From: Opitutales bacterium
Lineage (GTDB): Bacteria; Verrucomicrobiota; Verrucomicrobiia; Opitutales; PNEW01
Length of the DNA: 64,000 nt
Direction: 5' to 3'
Assembly (NCBI GenBank): GCA_965197745.1
Contig: CBDANS010000007.1
Span: 512,001-576,000 of the forward strand
Shown: one piece after another, positions 9,277 through 20,710 of the stretch
How the letters are laid out: every line of letters starts with the position of its first letter
How positions within the stretch are numbered: position 1 is the first letter of the stretch
Translations under genes and position numbers: made by a program
Notes under the pieces: model-generated
Databases searched by the model: none
What the model saw: the letters and a program-made list of their open reading frames with translations, nothing else
What the model was told of the DNA's origin: nothing

Positions 9277-10281
9277 TTACAGTGAGCTTTTTACTTCGTC
9301 CGGGAAAAAAGAATCTACAATAAACTGTTGTATTAATCGGGTAAGTTCAGTCAGGGGAGGAGATATATCAGGACCTCCCCGATATATACGATGACCTGCT
9401 TTTTCCACGACAAGGAGGTCAACCCTGGCTTCGATTTTGTCTGCCGCATCTTTAAACCACTTAGAATTATTTTGCAGCCTTTTATCTTTAGTCCCTGTTA
9501 AGAGGAAGGTGGGCGGTGACATTTTATTGAGATAATTAATCGGACTTGCCTCTTTATAGGGTTCGGGCACAGCGTCATATTTTCCTCCAAAAAGGTGTTC
9601 CATGGTATTTTTTATTTTTTGCGAAATAATTTCTCCGGCTTCATGTGACTCTCTCGCTTGTCGCAAAAAATCGGTAGGAGGAGATAAGCCTATGATGCAC
9701 GAAATTTTATAGGAAATACCGGAAGAAGATTGGGAATTTGGAAACGCATCTTCTTTTGTTAAGCCTGACATCAGGGCTAAATGCGCACCTGAAGAATGGC
9801 CGATGAGTCCAATATTTTGCGCATCGATTCCGAGATCACGGGCCTGTGTTCCCAACCAGTGCAGTGCGTCTTTGCAGTCTGAAATAATATCGGGCATTGA
9901 GGTGTTCTCGCCTGCGTTGCGAAAATCTATCGAAACAACATTCATTTTATGCGTTTCAATAAGAGGGAATAAGGTATCGTGGAAAAAATCGATGCGATTG
10001 ATATCGTTTTTACTCCCTCGTGTGTAGCCGCCGCCGTGGAAAAATACCATGGTTGGAAGAAGGGGAATGTCAGGTCCTTTATTTGGAGAGTATATATCGA
10101 GGGCCAGGTTTTCTCCGTTAATCTTTTTATAAATGTGTTCCTGCGGGATGATTTCATGATCAGCTATTTCCGTCTCTGACTGCCCAAGGCTTAGATTCAT
10201 AGGCCACAGAAATATTAGGGTGAATTGACACACCAATAATCGCGCAGTGAAACGCCTCTTATTAAAGTAATTTACATCCAT
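9277..10281 (-). CDS. Secreted alpha/beta hydrolase (HSL/BD-FAE-like esterase)
   Basis: HGGG oxyanion loop, GHSSG nucleophile elbow, GTKD, AGH. Confidence 0.88.
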   Translation of the reverse strand: MDVNYFNKRRFTARLLVCQFTLIFLWPMNLSLGQSETEIADHEIIPQEHIYKKINGENLALDIYSPNKGPDIPLLPTMVFFHGGGYTRGSKNDINRIDFFHDTLFPLIETHKMNVVSIDFRNAGENTSMPDIISDCKDALHWLGTQARDLGIDAQNIGLIGHSSGAHLALMSGLTKEDAFPNSQSSSGISYKISCIIGLSPPTDFLRQARESHEAGEIISQKIKNTMEHLFGGKYDAVPEPYKEASPINYLNKMSPPTFLLTGTKDKRLQNNSKWFKDAADKIEARVDLLVVEKAGHRIYRGGPDISPPLTELTRLIQQFIVDSFFPDEVKSSL

Positions 10282-10336
10282 AATATTGAAATTCCTAAAC
10301 TCTTCCGAAAATGCTGGTGGTTGAAAAAATCGACCA

Positions 10337-11413
10337 CTAAGGCGATTTTACAAATTTATCGCGCGACTCCGTGATCTGGTTATATACATAATCAGAGTAA
10401 GAGAGGGATACGCGTTGCATTATATCATTCAAACGGTCATTAGGATCAGAAATTTCAAAGAATATAAACACAGGACCGGGTTCTGTCATTTCAGGCTCCG
10501 CTTCTTCCCCTGTCTCTGATTCAAAGTCAGTTTCAGTATCATTTGATTCAATCGTTTCGCTTTCAACCTCATTCAGTTTTTCGGATGGGCGTCGACCGAT
10601 GTGCAGCGTATATTTTGTTCCGTTAAAAAGTTCGAATGAAACGATACGCGTATTTTCTCTCGCGGCGATCGTTTCGGGATCGTCGCGTTCATATATTTTA
10701 TTATAGCGGGAATTCGATAAGGTGCTGATAAAACGTGTAATCTCGCTATCATCTAATGACTCATTTTCTAATAGGTCAGCAGAGGAAAATTCACCTTCTG
10801 CCGTATCACGCTTTAGGGTAAGAGGGGAATCGCGGCCAGGATATTCGAGAGAGAGAGAAGCAACATCTTTCGATTGAAAGGGCAGCATCTTTTTCTCGGG
10901 CCAATTATCCACATTGCTGTCAAAGTAAGATGAAAGGTTAGCGAGGTAGGCTTCATCTTCATCATTCATTCGCACAAAGATACCGCCTGATTGACCCCTT
11001 TTCCCTGTTATCACAGTCCAAACCGTTTCTGCGTTCGCTTTCAGCACAATTTGGTGATTGTTAAATTCGAGCTTGTCCATCCGCTCTTTCTTACGCGTAA
11101 CGAGGCGAAGAATGTCCGCTTCCAGGAGACTGTTTATGAAATTATCCAACTTGGAGAATTCAACGGGAAGGGAGTAAAAGTCAGGTAAAATCCAGATTCC
11201 CTTTTCGTCTTTCTGAAGAGTAACTGTTTTGTCGTCACTGATATTTCTGAGGATTATTTCAGTGATGTTTGTCAAGAGCTCAGCTTTAATAAGGTTTTCT
11301 CCCACTTTACTCTCATCATCTATTTTATGGTTATCACGCCGATTAAGCCAATAGCCAGCAGCGGTTATAACCGCGAGGATAAGGAATGAGATAATGAGAG
11401 GTTTGAGTTTCAT
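10337..11413 (-). CDS. DUF4340 domain protein (ABC-associated)
   Basis: N-terminal anchor from MKLKPLII (ATG 11413 preferred to 11596); position downstream of a GldG-like gene. Confidence 0.7.
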   Translation of the reverse strand: MKLKPLIISFLILAVITAAGYWLNRRDNHKIDDESKVGENLIKAELLTNITEIILRNISDDKTVTLQKDEKGIWILPDFYSLPVEFSKLDNFINSLLEADILRLVTRKKERMDKLEFNNHQIVLKANAETVWTVITGKRGQSGGIFVRMNDEDEAYLANLSSYFDSNVDNWPEKKMLPFQSKDVASLSLEYPGRDSPLTLKRDTAEGEFSSADLLENESLDDSEITRFISTLSNSRYNKIYERDDPETIAARENTRIVSFELFNGTKYTLHIGRRPSEKLNEVESETIESNDTETDFESETGEEAEPEMTEPGPVFIFFEISDPNDRLNDIMQRVSLSYSDYVYNQITESRDKFVKSP

Positions 11414-11417
11414 ATCC

Positions 11418-13331
11418 CTATGCTTTTCTTTGACGATTGCTGCGTCTCCTGAAAAAATATAAACTGAAAATGCCGACGATAATGGGGACGGTGATAAGGT
11501 TAAATATGGCAAGCGTGTGATTGAGCTGCTCAATGTCCTCACGCAAGCGCTTACGGATTTCACGCAGTCGACCCCGCGTTTCAGCTTCCTGGGCACGGTA
11601 ATTTTCTATAGCCTTACTCACTTCAGGACTCGCGACTAATTTCTGTTGGTCTTTTTGCTGGTCGAGGAGACCGTTTAATTTGCTCTGCACTTCGCTCAGT
11701 TCATTTTGCAATTCATCGTATTGCATTTGATATTTTTCTTGAGCCTGGATCTCAAGTTCACGCACTACTGTAAATTGGCGCACGGTGGTTCCTTTACCGC
11801 GAAGGGAAATTAAGTCTTCGCTGCCGGAAAGAAACTCAAGCATATTGCTTACAAAATTTAAGTTGTCATTAAGCGGGCGGATAGATTGAAATCCGAGAAA
11901 GTTAAAACGTTCGACACTGTATTGGTCAGCCATGAAGTCGGTATCTGCAATAAGGACCAAGGTGCTTGTCGTTTCGCTTTCTTTTAAGCCCGGCTCGGAA
12001 AGGCCTTCATCATCGCTCGGTTCCGTACTCGTAATCGTCTCATCCTCTGAATCCTCACCTTTTTCATCTTTGGGTTTGCCATCGGGAAAGGCGGTATTGA
12101 ATTTGCCCCTGACGACAGCAGAGAGTATCTTTTCTTCAAACTTAGGTTTGATCTGGCGAAGTAACGCGTCTGGAGGAGTAAAATTAAGGAGACTGGAACT
12201 TAAGGAATCACTCTGTTCCGAACTATTGATAAGGGGAATAAGTTCGAGTTCACTTTCTTCTTTCAATTTAAAACTGCCTGCTTCGACAAGCAGTATGTTA
12301 TGGAGTTGAGCGGTAGCGGGAGCGTCAGTATTTAATTTATTAATCGATAACCAGGCAGGGTAACGTATGGGTTGGCCCAGTGTTCCCGATTGGACCATGG
12401 AAGCGTAAGTCAGATCCGCGACGAAAGTAAGGGGATCGTATTCGATACCCCAATTTTTAAAAAGCGGAGACAGGTCACTGGAAGTATTTACTCCCCCTCC
12501 CATCATCATTGCCTGTTGGCCCATTTGACTTTTTTGGATGGAAGATGAAGGATCTACGGCAACAAAAACGGGCCTTCCTGATAATAAGAACTGGTCAATG
12601 GCATAAAGCATTTTATCGGGCAACTGCTGGGGATGGATGAGAGCAAGCACATCCATGCTGTCCAGTAACGAATCCGTTTCCTTATCAATTTCCTGGATGT
12701 CGAAAAAGTTTCTTAATTCCTGAACAATGGTCCAGTCCTCGGGTAATTGCTGATTGGGCATTCTGAAACCGGGATCGGCTTTACTTATGAGGGGGAGAGA
12801 GGAGATTATACCCAGTTCAGGTAAATTATACTGTTGGACCCGATAAATTGCGCGGGAAATGTCGTATTCAAGGAATGACTCACGTTGTAGATTGAAGACA
12901 GGAATGGCTTTTTCCTCTTCTGCCTGGATGGCGACCATGCCGAAAAACAAGGTGTCTCCATTAGCGAGCGCCTGCCCTGAGATTCCTACGCGAATGGCCG
13001 CTTCTTCCTCCTTGGTATCAGGTCTTGGATCGATTATCCGCAATTCAATATTACCACCGGCAGCTTTATCATATTGAAGCAATAATTCCTCGATCCTTGT
13101 CGCGTAATTTTTAAAGAGAATGGGAATTCCTTCAGCGCTTCGGCTAAAATAAAATTCGAGGGTAACCGGTTCTTCGATTTTATCTAACAAGGCATGGGTG
13201 CCCGGAGAGAGCGTGTAAATTTTGGACGCGGTAAAATCGATTTGCCCGGGAAGAAAACTGGCAATAATATTAATTAAAACCAGCCCGGTCAGGAGAAGGA
13301 TAAGAGCAATCCATTGAGTTGAACGGTTCAT
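11418..13331 (-). CDS. GldG-like ABC transporter auxiliary component
   Basis: DFTASKIYTLS, LEYDISRAI, AIDQFLLSG, IADTDFM; C-terminal coiled coil and TM helix. Confidence 0.85.
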   Translation of the reverse strand: MNRSTQWIALILLLTGLVLINIIASFLPGQIDFTASKIYTLSPGTHALLDKIEEPVTLEFYFSRSAEGIPILFKNYATRIEELLLQYDKAAGGNIELRIIDPRPDTKEEEAAIRVGISGQALANGDTLFFGMVAIQAEEEKAIPVFNLQRESFLEYDISRAIYRVQQYNLPELGIISSLPLISKADPGFRMPNQQLPEDWTIVQELRNFFDIQEIDKETDSLLDSMDVLALIHPQQLPDKMLYAIDQFLLSGRPVFVAVDPSSSIQKSQMGQQAMMMGGGVNTSSDLSPLFKNWGIEYDPLTFVADLTYASMVQSGTLGQPIRYPAWLSINKLNTDAPATAQLHNILLVEAGSFKLKEESELELIPLINSSEQSDSLSSSLLNFTPPDALLRQIKPKFEEKILSAVVRGKFNTAFPDGKPKDEKGEDSEDETITSTEPSDDEGLSEPGLKESETTSTLVLIADTDFMADQYSVERFNFLGFQSIRPLNDNLNFVSNMLEFLSGSEDLISLRGKGTTVRQFTVVRELEIQAQEKYQMQYDELQNELSEVQSKLNGLLDQQKDQQKLVASPEVSKAIENYRAQEAETRGRLREIRKRLREDIEQLNHTLAIFNLITVPIIVGIFSLYFFRRRSNRQRKA

Positions 13332-13382
13332 AAAATAAAATGAAATCGGATATATATAGGAGGCGTAAAGATCGGTTGATTA

Positions 13383-14108
13383 TTATCGTTCCAGGACGAG
13401 CACATTCAGCAGTAGACTGAATCCGGTGAGGGAGAGATAGAAGATTATATCGGCAGTAGTGATGAGCCCTTTTGTCATGGGATCGAAGTGGGTAATAAAA
13501 CTAAAGTTGGAGAGGGCATCGACCAGCCACACGGGAATGTGTATTGATTCGAGCAAATTGTTGAAGACACTCCACCCAAGAAAAACGAGGGTAAGACATA
13601 TAATAACACTGAGGACGAAACTAATGACCTGGTTCTTCGTCAATGAAGAGGTGAGAGAACAGATACTAAGGAACGCTCCAGCCATCAGAATTGTGCCGAG
13701 GTATCCGCTGAAAATCGGACCCCAGTCAGGATCACCGAGATAGGCGACGGTCATGGGCATGGTTAAAGTCAAAAGTATGGCCAGGGTGATGAATGCCCAC
13801 CCGGCCAGGAATTTCCCTAATACCGCTTGCAAAGTTGTTACGGGAAGCGTCAACAGCAGTTCCCAGGTGCCGGATCGTTTTTCTTCTGACCATAGACGCA
13901 TGCCAACCGAAGGAATGAGAAAAAGAAAAACCCAGGGCATAAATAGAAAAAATCGGTTCAGGCTCGCATCATTAGCCGAGAAAAACTGACCCACGAACCA
14001 GGTAAGACCGACCGTCGCGATGAGAAAAACAATAAGGAAGACATAGGCTACGGGTGAACGGAAATACCCGCAGAATTCACGTTTGAAAATGTTAATGACG
14101 GATCGCAT
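13383..14108 (-). CDS. GldF-like ABC-2 permease
   Basis: FKREF..YFRSPVAY, MRLWSEEKRSGTWELLLTLP; start taken at MRSVINIF. Confidence 0.88.
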   Translation of the reverse strand: MRSVINIFKREFCGYFRSPVAYVFLIVFLIATVGLTWFVGQFFSANDASLNRFFLFMPWVFLFLIPSVGMRLWSEEKRSGTWELLLTLPVTTLQAVLGKFLAGWAFITLAILLTLTMPMTVAYLGDPDWGPIFSGYLGTILMAGAFLSICSLTSSLTKNQVISFVLSVIICLTLVFLGWSVFNNLLESIHIPVWLVDALSNFSFITHFDPMTKGLITTADIIFYLSLTGFSLLLNVLVLER

Positions 14109-14131
14109 GAAGTTAATGAAGGAGTATCGTT

Positions 14132-15055
14132 TTAATGGTTCTGTGTCAGATTCCAAAAGACTTCTTCCATGCTGATTGGAGCTCTCTCTATGCTCATGAG
14201 CGCCCAATCATTTTTCCGCGCTGTTTCATAAATAAGATTGTATATATCCTCTCCATTTTTCGGAATAACAATTAAGACGTCATCGTGTGTATCTACCTCT
14301 TTTACTTCAGACAATGATTGCAGCGCTTCTATTACCGAAGACGAATCCTGATTCATGAGCTTGATTTCGAGGGCATTATAGTGGGGATGCCGTTGACGCA
14401 TCTCTTCCGGTTTCTCATCGACGAGAATTTTACCATTATCGATAATGATTACCCTGTTACATACCGATTCAACTTCTTCGAGGATATGGGTTGAAAGTAT
14501 AATCGCTTTTTCCTGGGCCATGGAGGTGATCAGTGAACGCACCTGTCTTTTCTGATTGGGATCGAGCCCGTCTGTTGGCTCATCCATAATAAGGCAAGTG
14601 GGATCATGGAGGATAGCCTGGGCAAAACTTACACGTTGGCGGAATCCTTTACTTAATGTATCTATTGACTGGTTGCGCACGTCATCGAGCTGACAGATAT
14701 CAATTGACCGTTCAATTTTCTCAAATTTTTCAGAGGTTGAGAAAGCGTCGCGCATGTCCGCAATGAAACTTAAAAATTCAAGCACCGTCATTTCCTGGTA
14801 CAAGGGGCCATTTTCCGGCAAATAACCGAAAAGTTTTTTTGCGGCCAGCGGTTCTTCGTGAATATCATGATTTCCGATGCGCGCGGTCCCGGACGTGGCG
14901 GTTAGAAATCCGGTCAGCATTTTCATGGTCGTTGATTTACCTGCGCCATTGGGGCCTAAAAACCCGAGGATATCCCCTTTGTTAACTTGAAAGCTGATAT
15001 CATCTACGGCACGTATGTTTCCGTAATCTTTAATTAGGTTTTCGGCTTCGATCAT
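14132..15055 (-). CDS. GldA-like ABC ATP-binding protein
   Basis: GPNGAGKST, LSKGFRQR, IMDEPT. Confidence 0.92.
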   Translation of the reverse strand: MIEAENLIKDYGNIRAVDDISFQVNKGDILGFLGPNGAGKSTTMKMLTGFLTATSGTARIGNHDIHEEPLAAKKLFGYLPENGPLYQEMTVLEFLSFIADMRDAFSTSEKFEKIERSIDICQLDDVRNQSIDTLSKGFRQRVSFAQAILHDPTCLIMDEPTDGLDPNQKRQVRSLITSMAQEKAIILSTHILEEVESVCNRVIIIDNGKILVDEKPEEMRQRHPHYNALEIKLMNQDSSSVIEALQSLSEVKEVDTHDDVLIVIPKNGEDIYNLIYETARKNDWALMSIERAPISMEEVFWNLTQNH

Positions 15056-15239
15056 GGTCTGGGTTGCGAGTAAATTACGTATCTTTAAAAGAGTTATGAA
15101 ATAAGCTGTAAATAATGGTTCCTGAAATGAAATTATTTTTTTCTCCCTGTCCAGAGGAAAATAAGAATAGTATAACGGCGAGACTTACTGCGCTGGTAAG
15201 GGTACTGTTACCCTGAAGGCTATATTTACAGAGATAATA

Positions 15240-16622
15240 TCAATAAGTGTACTCAGGCAGCCAGGTTACAATAGAGGGAAATAACAATACCAGGATCAAC
15301 GTGACCAATTGCAGAATTATAAAAGGAACTGCGCCGCGGTAGATGTGAACCAATTCCACCCCTTTTGGGCACACACCTTTAACATAAAATAAGGCAAATC
15401 CTACAGGAGGGGTGAGAAATGAGGTCTGTAATGTTACAGCGCAGAGTATGGCAAACCAGACCAGTTGTGCATTCTCCAAGGGCGAACTGGAAATACTCCC
15501 CAGATCTAATTTAGCGATTACCGGTGAGAGGAGAGGGAGAATGATGAGCGTGATTTCAATCCAATCGAGGAAGAAGCCGAGCAGAAAAATGATAAAGAGG
15601 ATGAGCGCAATTAGGGTATAGGGAGCAAACTTAGTATTTAATAATAGACCGGAGATGAGATCGTCTCCCCCCAGGAGGCGGAGCACTAAAGAGAAGCAGG
15701 TGGCACCAATAAAAATAGCGAAGAGAAACCCCATTGTCTTCATCGTTTCTGCCAGTGCAGTGGGTAGAACATCGTTGCCGAGTCTGCGATTAAAAGCCGC
15801 GAGTAAAAGTGCCCCGAAGGCTCCCAACCCACTTGCTTCAGTGGGTGTAGCAACGCCAAAGAAGATGGATCCAAGGACGAGAATAATGAGGAGCATGGCA
15901 GGTATGATAGCGAGCGCTAATTCTCTGATCACCGATCCATTGAGCTCACTTTGGTTTTCAGGTAATGGCGCCGCGTCAGGGTTAAACAGGGCATAAACTA
16001 AAATATAGGTTCCATAAAGAGTAGCGAGAATAAGGCCTGGGATAACCGCACCCATAAATAATGCGCCGACAGAGAGCTGTATCTGATCGGCCATAATAAT
16101 GAGCATGATACTGGGGGGAATGAGAATCCCCAGGGTGCCCGCTCCGCAAACCGTTCCCACGGCCAGTTCTTTGCGATATCCCTGATTCAGCATGGCGGGA
16201 AGTGAAAGTATTCCAAGGAGGACAACGGAAGCGCCGATTATTCCCGTCGACGCCGCCAGTAAAACACCAATGAGGGTGACGCTGAGAGCGAGTCCGCCGC
16301 GTACACGCCCGAGCAGATTCTGCAATGCGTGCATAAGTTTTTCCGCGACGCCCGAGCGATCCAGCATGTGGCCCATGAAGATAAACATGGGCAATGCGAC
16401 GAGGACCCAATTATCAAGAAGCTGATAAATGCGGTTAATAATGAGTGAGAAAACTTGAAAGTCTAAACCGATAAAGGTGCCTGCAAACTGGTCGCAGATC
16501 ATGGCTATGGTGGTGAAGATCACGGCTAAGCCGCCCAAGGCATAGGCCACAGGGACACCAAGGAGGAGAAGGGTGATAAAAGCGATAAAGAGAGCGATAA
16601 TGAGAAAGGTGCTAATAGCCAT
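15240..16622 (-). CDS. dctM: TRAP transporter large permease
   Basis: ALPMFIFMG, GTLGILIPPS, ATPTEA, LTPPVG. Confidence 0.92.
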   Translation of the reverse strand: MAISTFLIIALFIAFITLLLLGVPVAYALGGLAVIFTTIAMICDQFAGTFIGLDFQVFSLIINRIYQLLDNWVLVALPMFIFMGHMLDRSGVAEKLMHALQNLLGRVRGGLALSVTLIGVLLAASTGIIGASVVLLGILSLPAMLNQGYRKELAVGTVCGAGTLGILIPPSIMLIIMADQIQLSVGALFMGAVIPGLILATLYGTYILVYALFNPDAAPLPENQSELNGSVIRELALAIIPAMLLIILVLGSIFFGVATPTEASGLGAFGALLLAAFNRRLGNDVLPTALAETMKTMGFLFAIFIGATCFSLVLRLLGGDDLISGLLLNTKFAPYTLIALILFIIFLLGFFLDWIEITLIILPLLSPVIAKLDLGSISSSPLENAQLVWFAILCAVTLQTSFLTPPVGFALFYVKGVCPKGVELVHIYRGAVPFIILQLVTLILVLLFPSIVTWLPEYTY

Positions 16623-16643
16623 GGGTGCCGCAATTATTGTCCG

Positions 16644-17177
16644 TTAGTCTACCGGGGTGCTTTCGGATTCCACAGTTTCACTTCCGGTGAACAGCCGAAT
16701 AGTCCTGGCTACCGAATTTAAGAGAAGGAGCAAGGCACCGATGGGTATAAAAGCTTTAATCAACCACCGCCATGGAAGACCGCCTGGCGCAGGAGATTTT
16801 TCTCCAAGACGATACGCTTCCTGAGTAAAATCCAAACCATCCCAAAAAACAATCACCATGAGAGGAGTGAGTAGCAGCATGAGAGAAATGATTTCAATGA
16901 CGCGTTTCGCTCTGGATGAAAAATGTCGATGAATCAAATCAACGCGGACATGAGCATTTTCCTTTTGCGCGTAGGCAAGGCTGATCATTACCACTACGGC
17001 ATAGAAATGCCATTGGAGTTCAGCCAGTGCGACCCGGTCCTGGCTGAAGAGATAACGCAGGACAACATTGACGAGAATTGAAACGAGCAGCAGGACCAGT
17101 GCCCATGAAAAAAAACGACCAATGCGAAAAATTATTGATTCAACAAATTCGGCCAGCGCATCGATTTTAAGTCGCAT
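16644..17177 (-). CDS. dctQ: TRAP transporter small permease
   Basis: Four TM helices; ELQWH and HVRVD motifs. Confidence 0.9.
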   Translation of the reverse strand: MRLKIDALAEFVESIIFRIGRFFSWALVLLLVSILVNVVLRYLFSQDRVALAELQWHFYAVVVMISLAYAQKENAHVRVDLIHRHFSSRAKRVIEIISLMLLLTPLMVIVFWDGLDFTQEAYRLGEKSPAPGGLPWRWLIKAFIPIGALLLLLNSVARTIRLFTGSETVESESTPVD

Positions 17178-17192
17178 CTAATATATGATTCT

Positions 17193-18308
17193 CTATTGGG
17201 AACGGGGGAGATAGGCTTTTGCACCCCAGGTTGCATAGTTTTTCCGGAATGCGGAATAATCGTCCCAGACTTCTTTAAAAAAAGGGTCGGCAGCGGATTG
17301 TTCATCGACTACTTCAAGCCATTTCTCTTCATAAACTTTCATCATCTCAGTCTGCCATACAAGATTTTCCACACCATGCTTCTCTTCGTTGCGTTTCAAC
17401 ACTGCGGCCTGACTCGCTTCCCCTGTAGCGATCGAGTAAACAATAGTATCGCGGCACGCCATTTCGATAATAATCTGTTGGGTAGATGAAAGGCTGTTCC
17501 ATACGTCTTTATTGATGAGTAACTCGAAAGCGGTAGACTGTTGGTGCCAACCGGGAAAATAATTATATTTAGCCAGCTTGTGAAAACCCAGGTTTTCATC
17601 AATCGCGGGCATCGAAAACTCGGTGGCGTCTATTACCTTTTTTTCCAGGGCGGGAAATATCTCTCCTCCGGGAAGGATATTGACGGAGACCCCCAGTTTT
17701 TGCATTACCCTGCCACCGAGACCAAAGAACCGCATTTTTAATCCTCTCAGATCTTCGGTCGATTCTATTTTCTTTGAGAACCAGCCGGAAGACTCAGGGG
17801 GAATGATAGAGATGATGATCACTTTTACATTAAAGCCGGAACGGTCATACATTTCCTGGTACAATTTCATACCATTGCCTGCGATAAACCAAGCCAGGTA
17901 TTCACTGGTATCCGGTCCAAAGGGAACGGCAGAAAAGAGGGGCGCAGCCGGCATCATGCCCATCCAGAAACCCGGTGTCGCGTAACCTGATTCTATTTTC
18001 CCCGATGACACAGCGTCGAGAATTTCCATCGGTCCGACGAGTTTTCCCGGATCGAAAAGTTTGAACTTTATATTTCCAGCGCTCGCCAATCCTACACGCT
18101 CTGCGAAATAACGGACATTGTCGCCAAGGATGGTTACATTTGTGCCATAGAAGCAGGTAAGTTTCAATTGTGCGGGTCGGTCTATAGACAGGGATTCGTC
18201 AGCCGATCGGGTCTTTTTACGGGCGCAACCACACATGAGAAAAACAAGGGTAAAAGTCGTTAATAAAAGAAGGCTATAAGTTTTAAGTTTTTCATTCATG
18301 GTCAACAA
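17193..18308 (-). CDS. dctP: TRAP substrate-binding lipoprotein (TakP-like, 2-oxo-acid type)
   Basis: Lipobox-like MCGC, GLKMRFFGLGG, IDATEFSMP, YFPGWHQ. Confidence 0.85.
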   Translation of the reverse strand: MLTMNEKLKTYSLLLLTTFTLVFLMCGCARKKTRSADESLSIDRPAQLKLTCFYGTNVTILGDNVRYFAERVGLASAGNIKFKLFDPGKLVGPMEILDAVSSGKIESGYATPGFWMGMMPAAPLFSAVPFGPDTSEYLAWFIAGNGMKLYQEMYDRSGFNVKVIIISIIPPESSGWFSKKIESTEDLRGLKMRFFGLGGRVMQKLGVSVNILPGGEIFPALEKKVIDATEFSMPAIDENLGFHKLAKYNYFPGWHQQSTAFELLINKDVWNSLSSTQQIIIEMACRDTIVYSIATGEASQAAVLKRNEEKHGVENLVWQTEMMKVYEEKWLEVVDEQSAADPFFKEVWDDYSAFRKNYATWGAKAYLPRSQ

Positions 18309-18353
18309 TCGGGGGTTAAAATGAAAATTGGCAAGGTGAAGCAGTCGATGAGA

Positions 18354-19448
18354 TCAATCAAAAGGGATCCCACTTTTTTTTGATATGTCCTTTAAATCTT
18401 CAACAACCGGCATGACAAGAGGGATCCCACTTTTGCGACGAATTTCTTCCTGCTCGCGTTCGGGGTCACCTGGGATGATCGGTCCTTGACTGCCCGGTGC
18501 CGGTTTGGTGGCTCGTAGAACGCGGATATAATCATCGATTTGTTTCTTGAATTCATCCAGGTCAATAAATGCTTCGATGAGCATGGCACCAAAAAAATGG
18601 CCGATACCTTTTCCCACACTGCGTTTTGGTATTTCCTGAGTTATGACAAAAGGGACGGCGAAAGGCCCCCAGTTGGCGCCACTGAGAACACTGCTCAACA
18701 CGTCTACGAGCAGAGCAAGGCAATAGCCTTTATGACCCCCATGCTCCCGATCGGACCCAAGGGGCAGCAAAGCCCCTTCATCCAGCATTTCATCCGGTTG
18801 ATCAGTCATATTACCATTTTTGTCGATTGCCCATCCCTCAGGAATAGGAAGCTTTTTACGCATCGCGATTTCAACTTTTCCGAGGGGGGCCACACAAGTG
18901 GCCATGTCGATAACAATAGGTGGTTCCTCTTTACCCGGGAATGCTATGGCCAGGGGGTTAGTTCCCAGAATGCGTTCAGCTCCCCACAAGGGGGCCACCA
19001 GTTTACTCGTATTGGTCATGGACCATCCAATCATGTCGCGTTCCAGGGCTTGGAGTGAATAATAGCCGGCGATGCCATAATGGTTTGTGTTACTTAAGGA
19101 TACCCATCCGGTGCCTGCCTCCCCGGCCTTGTCCATAGCTATAAGATTACTTTTTGGGCCGACAACGAGGCCGAGACCGTTGTCACCATCCACAGTCGCG
19201 GTACTGACCGACTCACGAATTATTTTAATATTGGGCTTTGGGTTAATCCGCCCTTCATTGAGCATCCCGAAATAAGATTGAAGTCGCGCTACACCGTGAG
19301 ATTCAATCCCGCGAATATCACTGGAAGCGAGCACTTCTGAAGCCAGAAGCGCATCTTTTTCGGGGACCCCCATATGGAGAAATACCCTGGTAGTAAATTC
19401 CATCAGATGTTCAATGGAATAGGTGATGGTCTCTACTTCACTCATCAT
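18354..19448 (-). CDS. Ldh_2 family oxidoreductase (malate/L-lactate/sulfolactate dehydrogenase type 2)
   Basis: RGIESHG, DGDNGLG, GTNPLAIAFP, DMAT, GGHKGY. Confidence 0.9.
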   Translation of the reverse strand: MMSEVETITYSIEHLMEFTTRVFLHMGVPEKDALLASEVLASSDIRGIESHGVARLQSYFGMLNEGRINPKPNIKIIRESVSTATVDGDNGLGLVVGPKSNLIAMDKAGEAGTGWVSLSNTNHYGIAGYYSLQALERDMIGWSMTNTSKLVAPLWGAERILGTNPLAIAFPGKEEPPIVIDMATCVAPLGKVEIAMRKKLPIPEGWAIDKNGNMTDQPDEMLDEGALLPLGSDREHGGHKGYCLALLVDVLSSVLSGANWGPFAVPFVITQEIPKRSVGKGIGHFFGAMLIEAFIDLDEFKKQIDDYIRVLRATKPAPGSQGPIIPGDPEREQEEIRRKSGIPLVMPVVEDLKDISKKSGIPFD

Positions 19449-19497
19449 AAAAAAGCCGTGGCATATTACATCATCTCGTCAGAAATTGTGATCGAGG

Positions 19498-20697
19498 TCA
19501 AAAACGTTTAGCTAGAATTTCCACGATATGCTTGCCGATATTAAGAGAAGCAGTGGCGGCGGGGGAGGGCGCATTGCATACGTTAACGATACGTTCTGTA
19601 TCTAGAATCATAAAATCATCGACCATAGCTCCCGCGGGTGTTATCGCTTGTGCGCGAACACCTGCCGGCGCGGGCTTTAAGTCTGAGCTTTTAATTTCGG
19701 GAATGAGGCGCTGCAATGCTCTGACGAAGGCGGCTTTACTAACGGAACGCCAGATTTCACCTGCGCCTACACGCCAGTATTTTAAGGAGAGCTTGATGAA
19801 TCCGAAATAGGTTAATGATTCGAATAAATCGACTGCATTAACCTGATATTTTGTGTATCCTTCGCGGGCGAAGGCGAGCACGGCATTAGGTCCACACTCC
19901 ACAGTGCCGTCAATCATTCGGGTAAAATGAACACCGAGGAAAGGAAAAGCAGGGTCAGGCACCGGGTAGATTAAGTTGCGGCAGAGATGATAGGCGCTGG
20001 GGATCAATTCATAGTATTCACCGCGAAAGGGGATTATTTTTACTTCTGGTTTTTGTCCGCTTAATTTTGTCATGCGGTCAGAGTGTAAGCCCGTGCAATT
20101 GACAACATAACGGGCATCGATTTCACCTGCCTTGGAATCCAGTATGATATGATTATTGCGGTGATGGATGGCCACTACTTTAGCGGAATATAATATTTCA
20201 TTTTCTTCTTTCTCTTTAATGCGTTGATCCAGTCGTTGGCATACTTGTTTATAATCTATGATTCCAGTATCTTTTACCTGAATGGCTCTGATCCCGGCAG
20301 CATGGGGTTCAAGTTCACGGAGCCGATCCTGGTCGATGACCTCACACTGGATCCCATTTTCCTGGCCACGCTGATAAATATTTTCCAGCGCAGGAAGTTC
20401 TTTCTCGTTTATAGCAACGATTATCTTACCGCAGATATCATACTCGATACCCTCGGTGTCACAAAAATTTTCCATCGCAATCTTTCCTTCACGGCAATTG
20501 ATGGCCTTAAGCGATCCGGGCTTGTAATAGATCCCGGAATGCAGCACCCCGGAGTTATGTCCGGTCTGATGTAGAGCAGGGCGATCTTCTTTCTCCAAAA
20601 TAATGATGCGTAACCTGGGAAAGCGTTGGGTTAATTGATATGCAGTAGCTAATCCGATAATGCCACCGCCAATAATTGCCACATCTGTATTATACAT
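19498..20697 (-). CDS. lhgO: L-2-hydroxyglutarate oxidase
   Basis: [47 protein letters not shown]. Confidence 0.92.
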   Translation of the reverse strand: MYNTDVAIIGGGIIGLATAYQLTQRFPRLRIIILEKEDRPALHQTGHNSGVLHSGIYYKPGSLKAINCREGKIAMENFCDTEGIEYDICGKIIVAINEKELPALENIYQRGQENGIQCEVIDQDRLRELEPHAAGIRAIQVKDTGIIDYKQVCQRLDQRIKEKEENEILYSAKVVAIHHRNNHIILDSKAGEIDARYVVNCTGLHSDRMTKLSGQKPEVKIIPFRGEYYELIPSAYHLCRNLIYPVPDPAFPFLGVHFTRMIDGTVECGPNAVLAFAREGYTKYQVNAVDLFESLTYFGFIKLSLKYWRVGAGEIWRSVSKAAFVRALQRLIPEIKSSDLKPAPAGVRAQAITPAGAMVDDFMILDTERIVNVCNAPSPAATASLNIGKHIVEILAKRF

Positions 20698-20710
20698 GAA
20701 AAATTAAATT

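Noticed and set aside
10337..15055. Gliding motility machinery
   Set aside because: GldAFG-like ABC systems are widespread in non-gliding bacteria; no gldK-N or spr genes in the window
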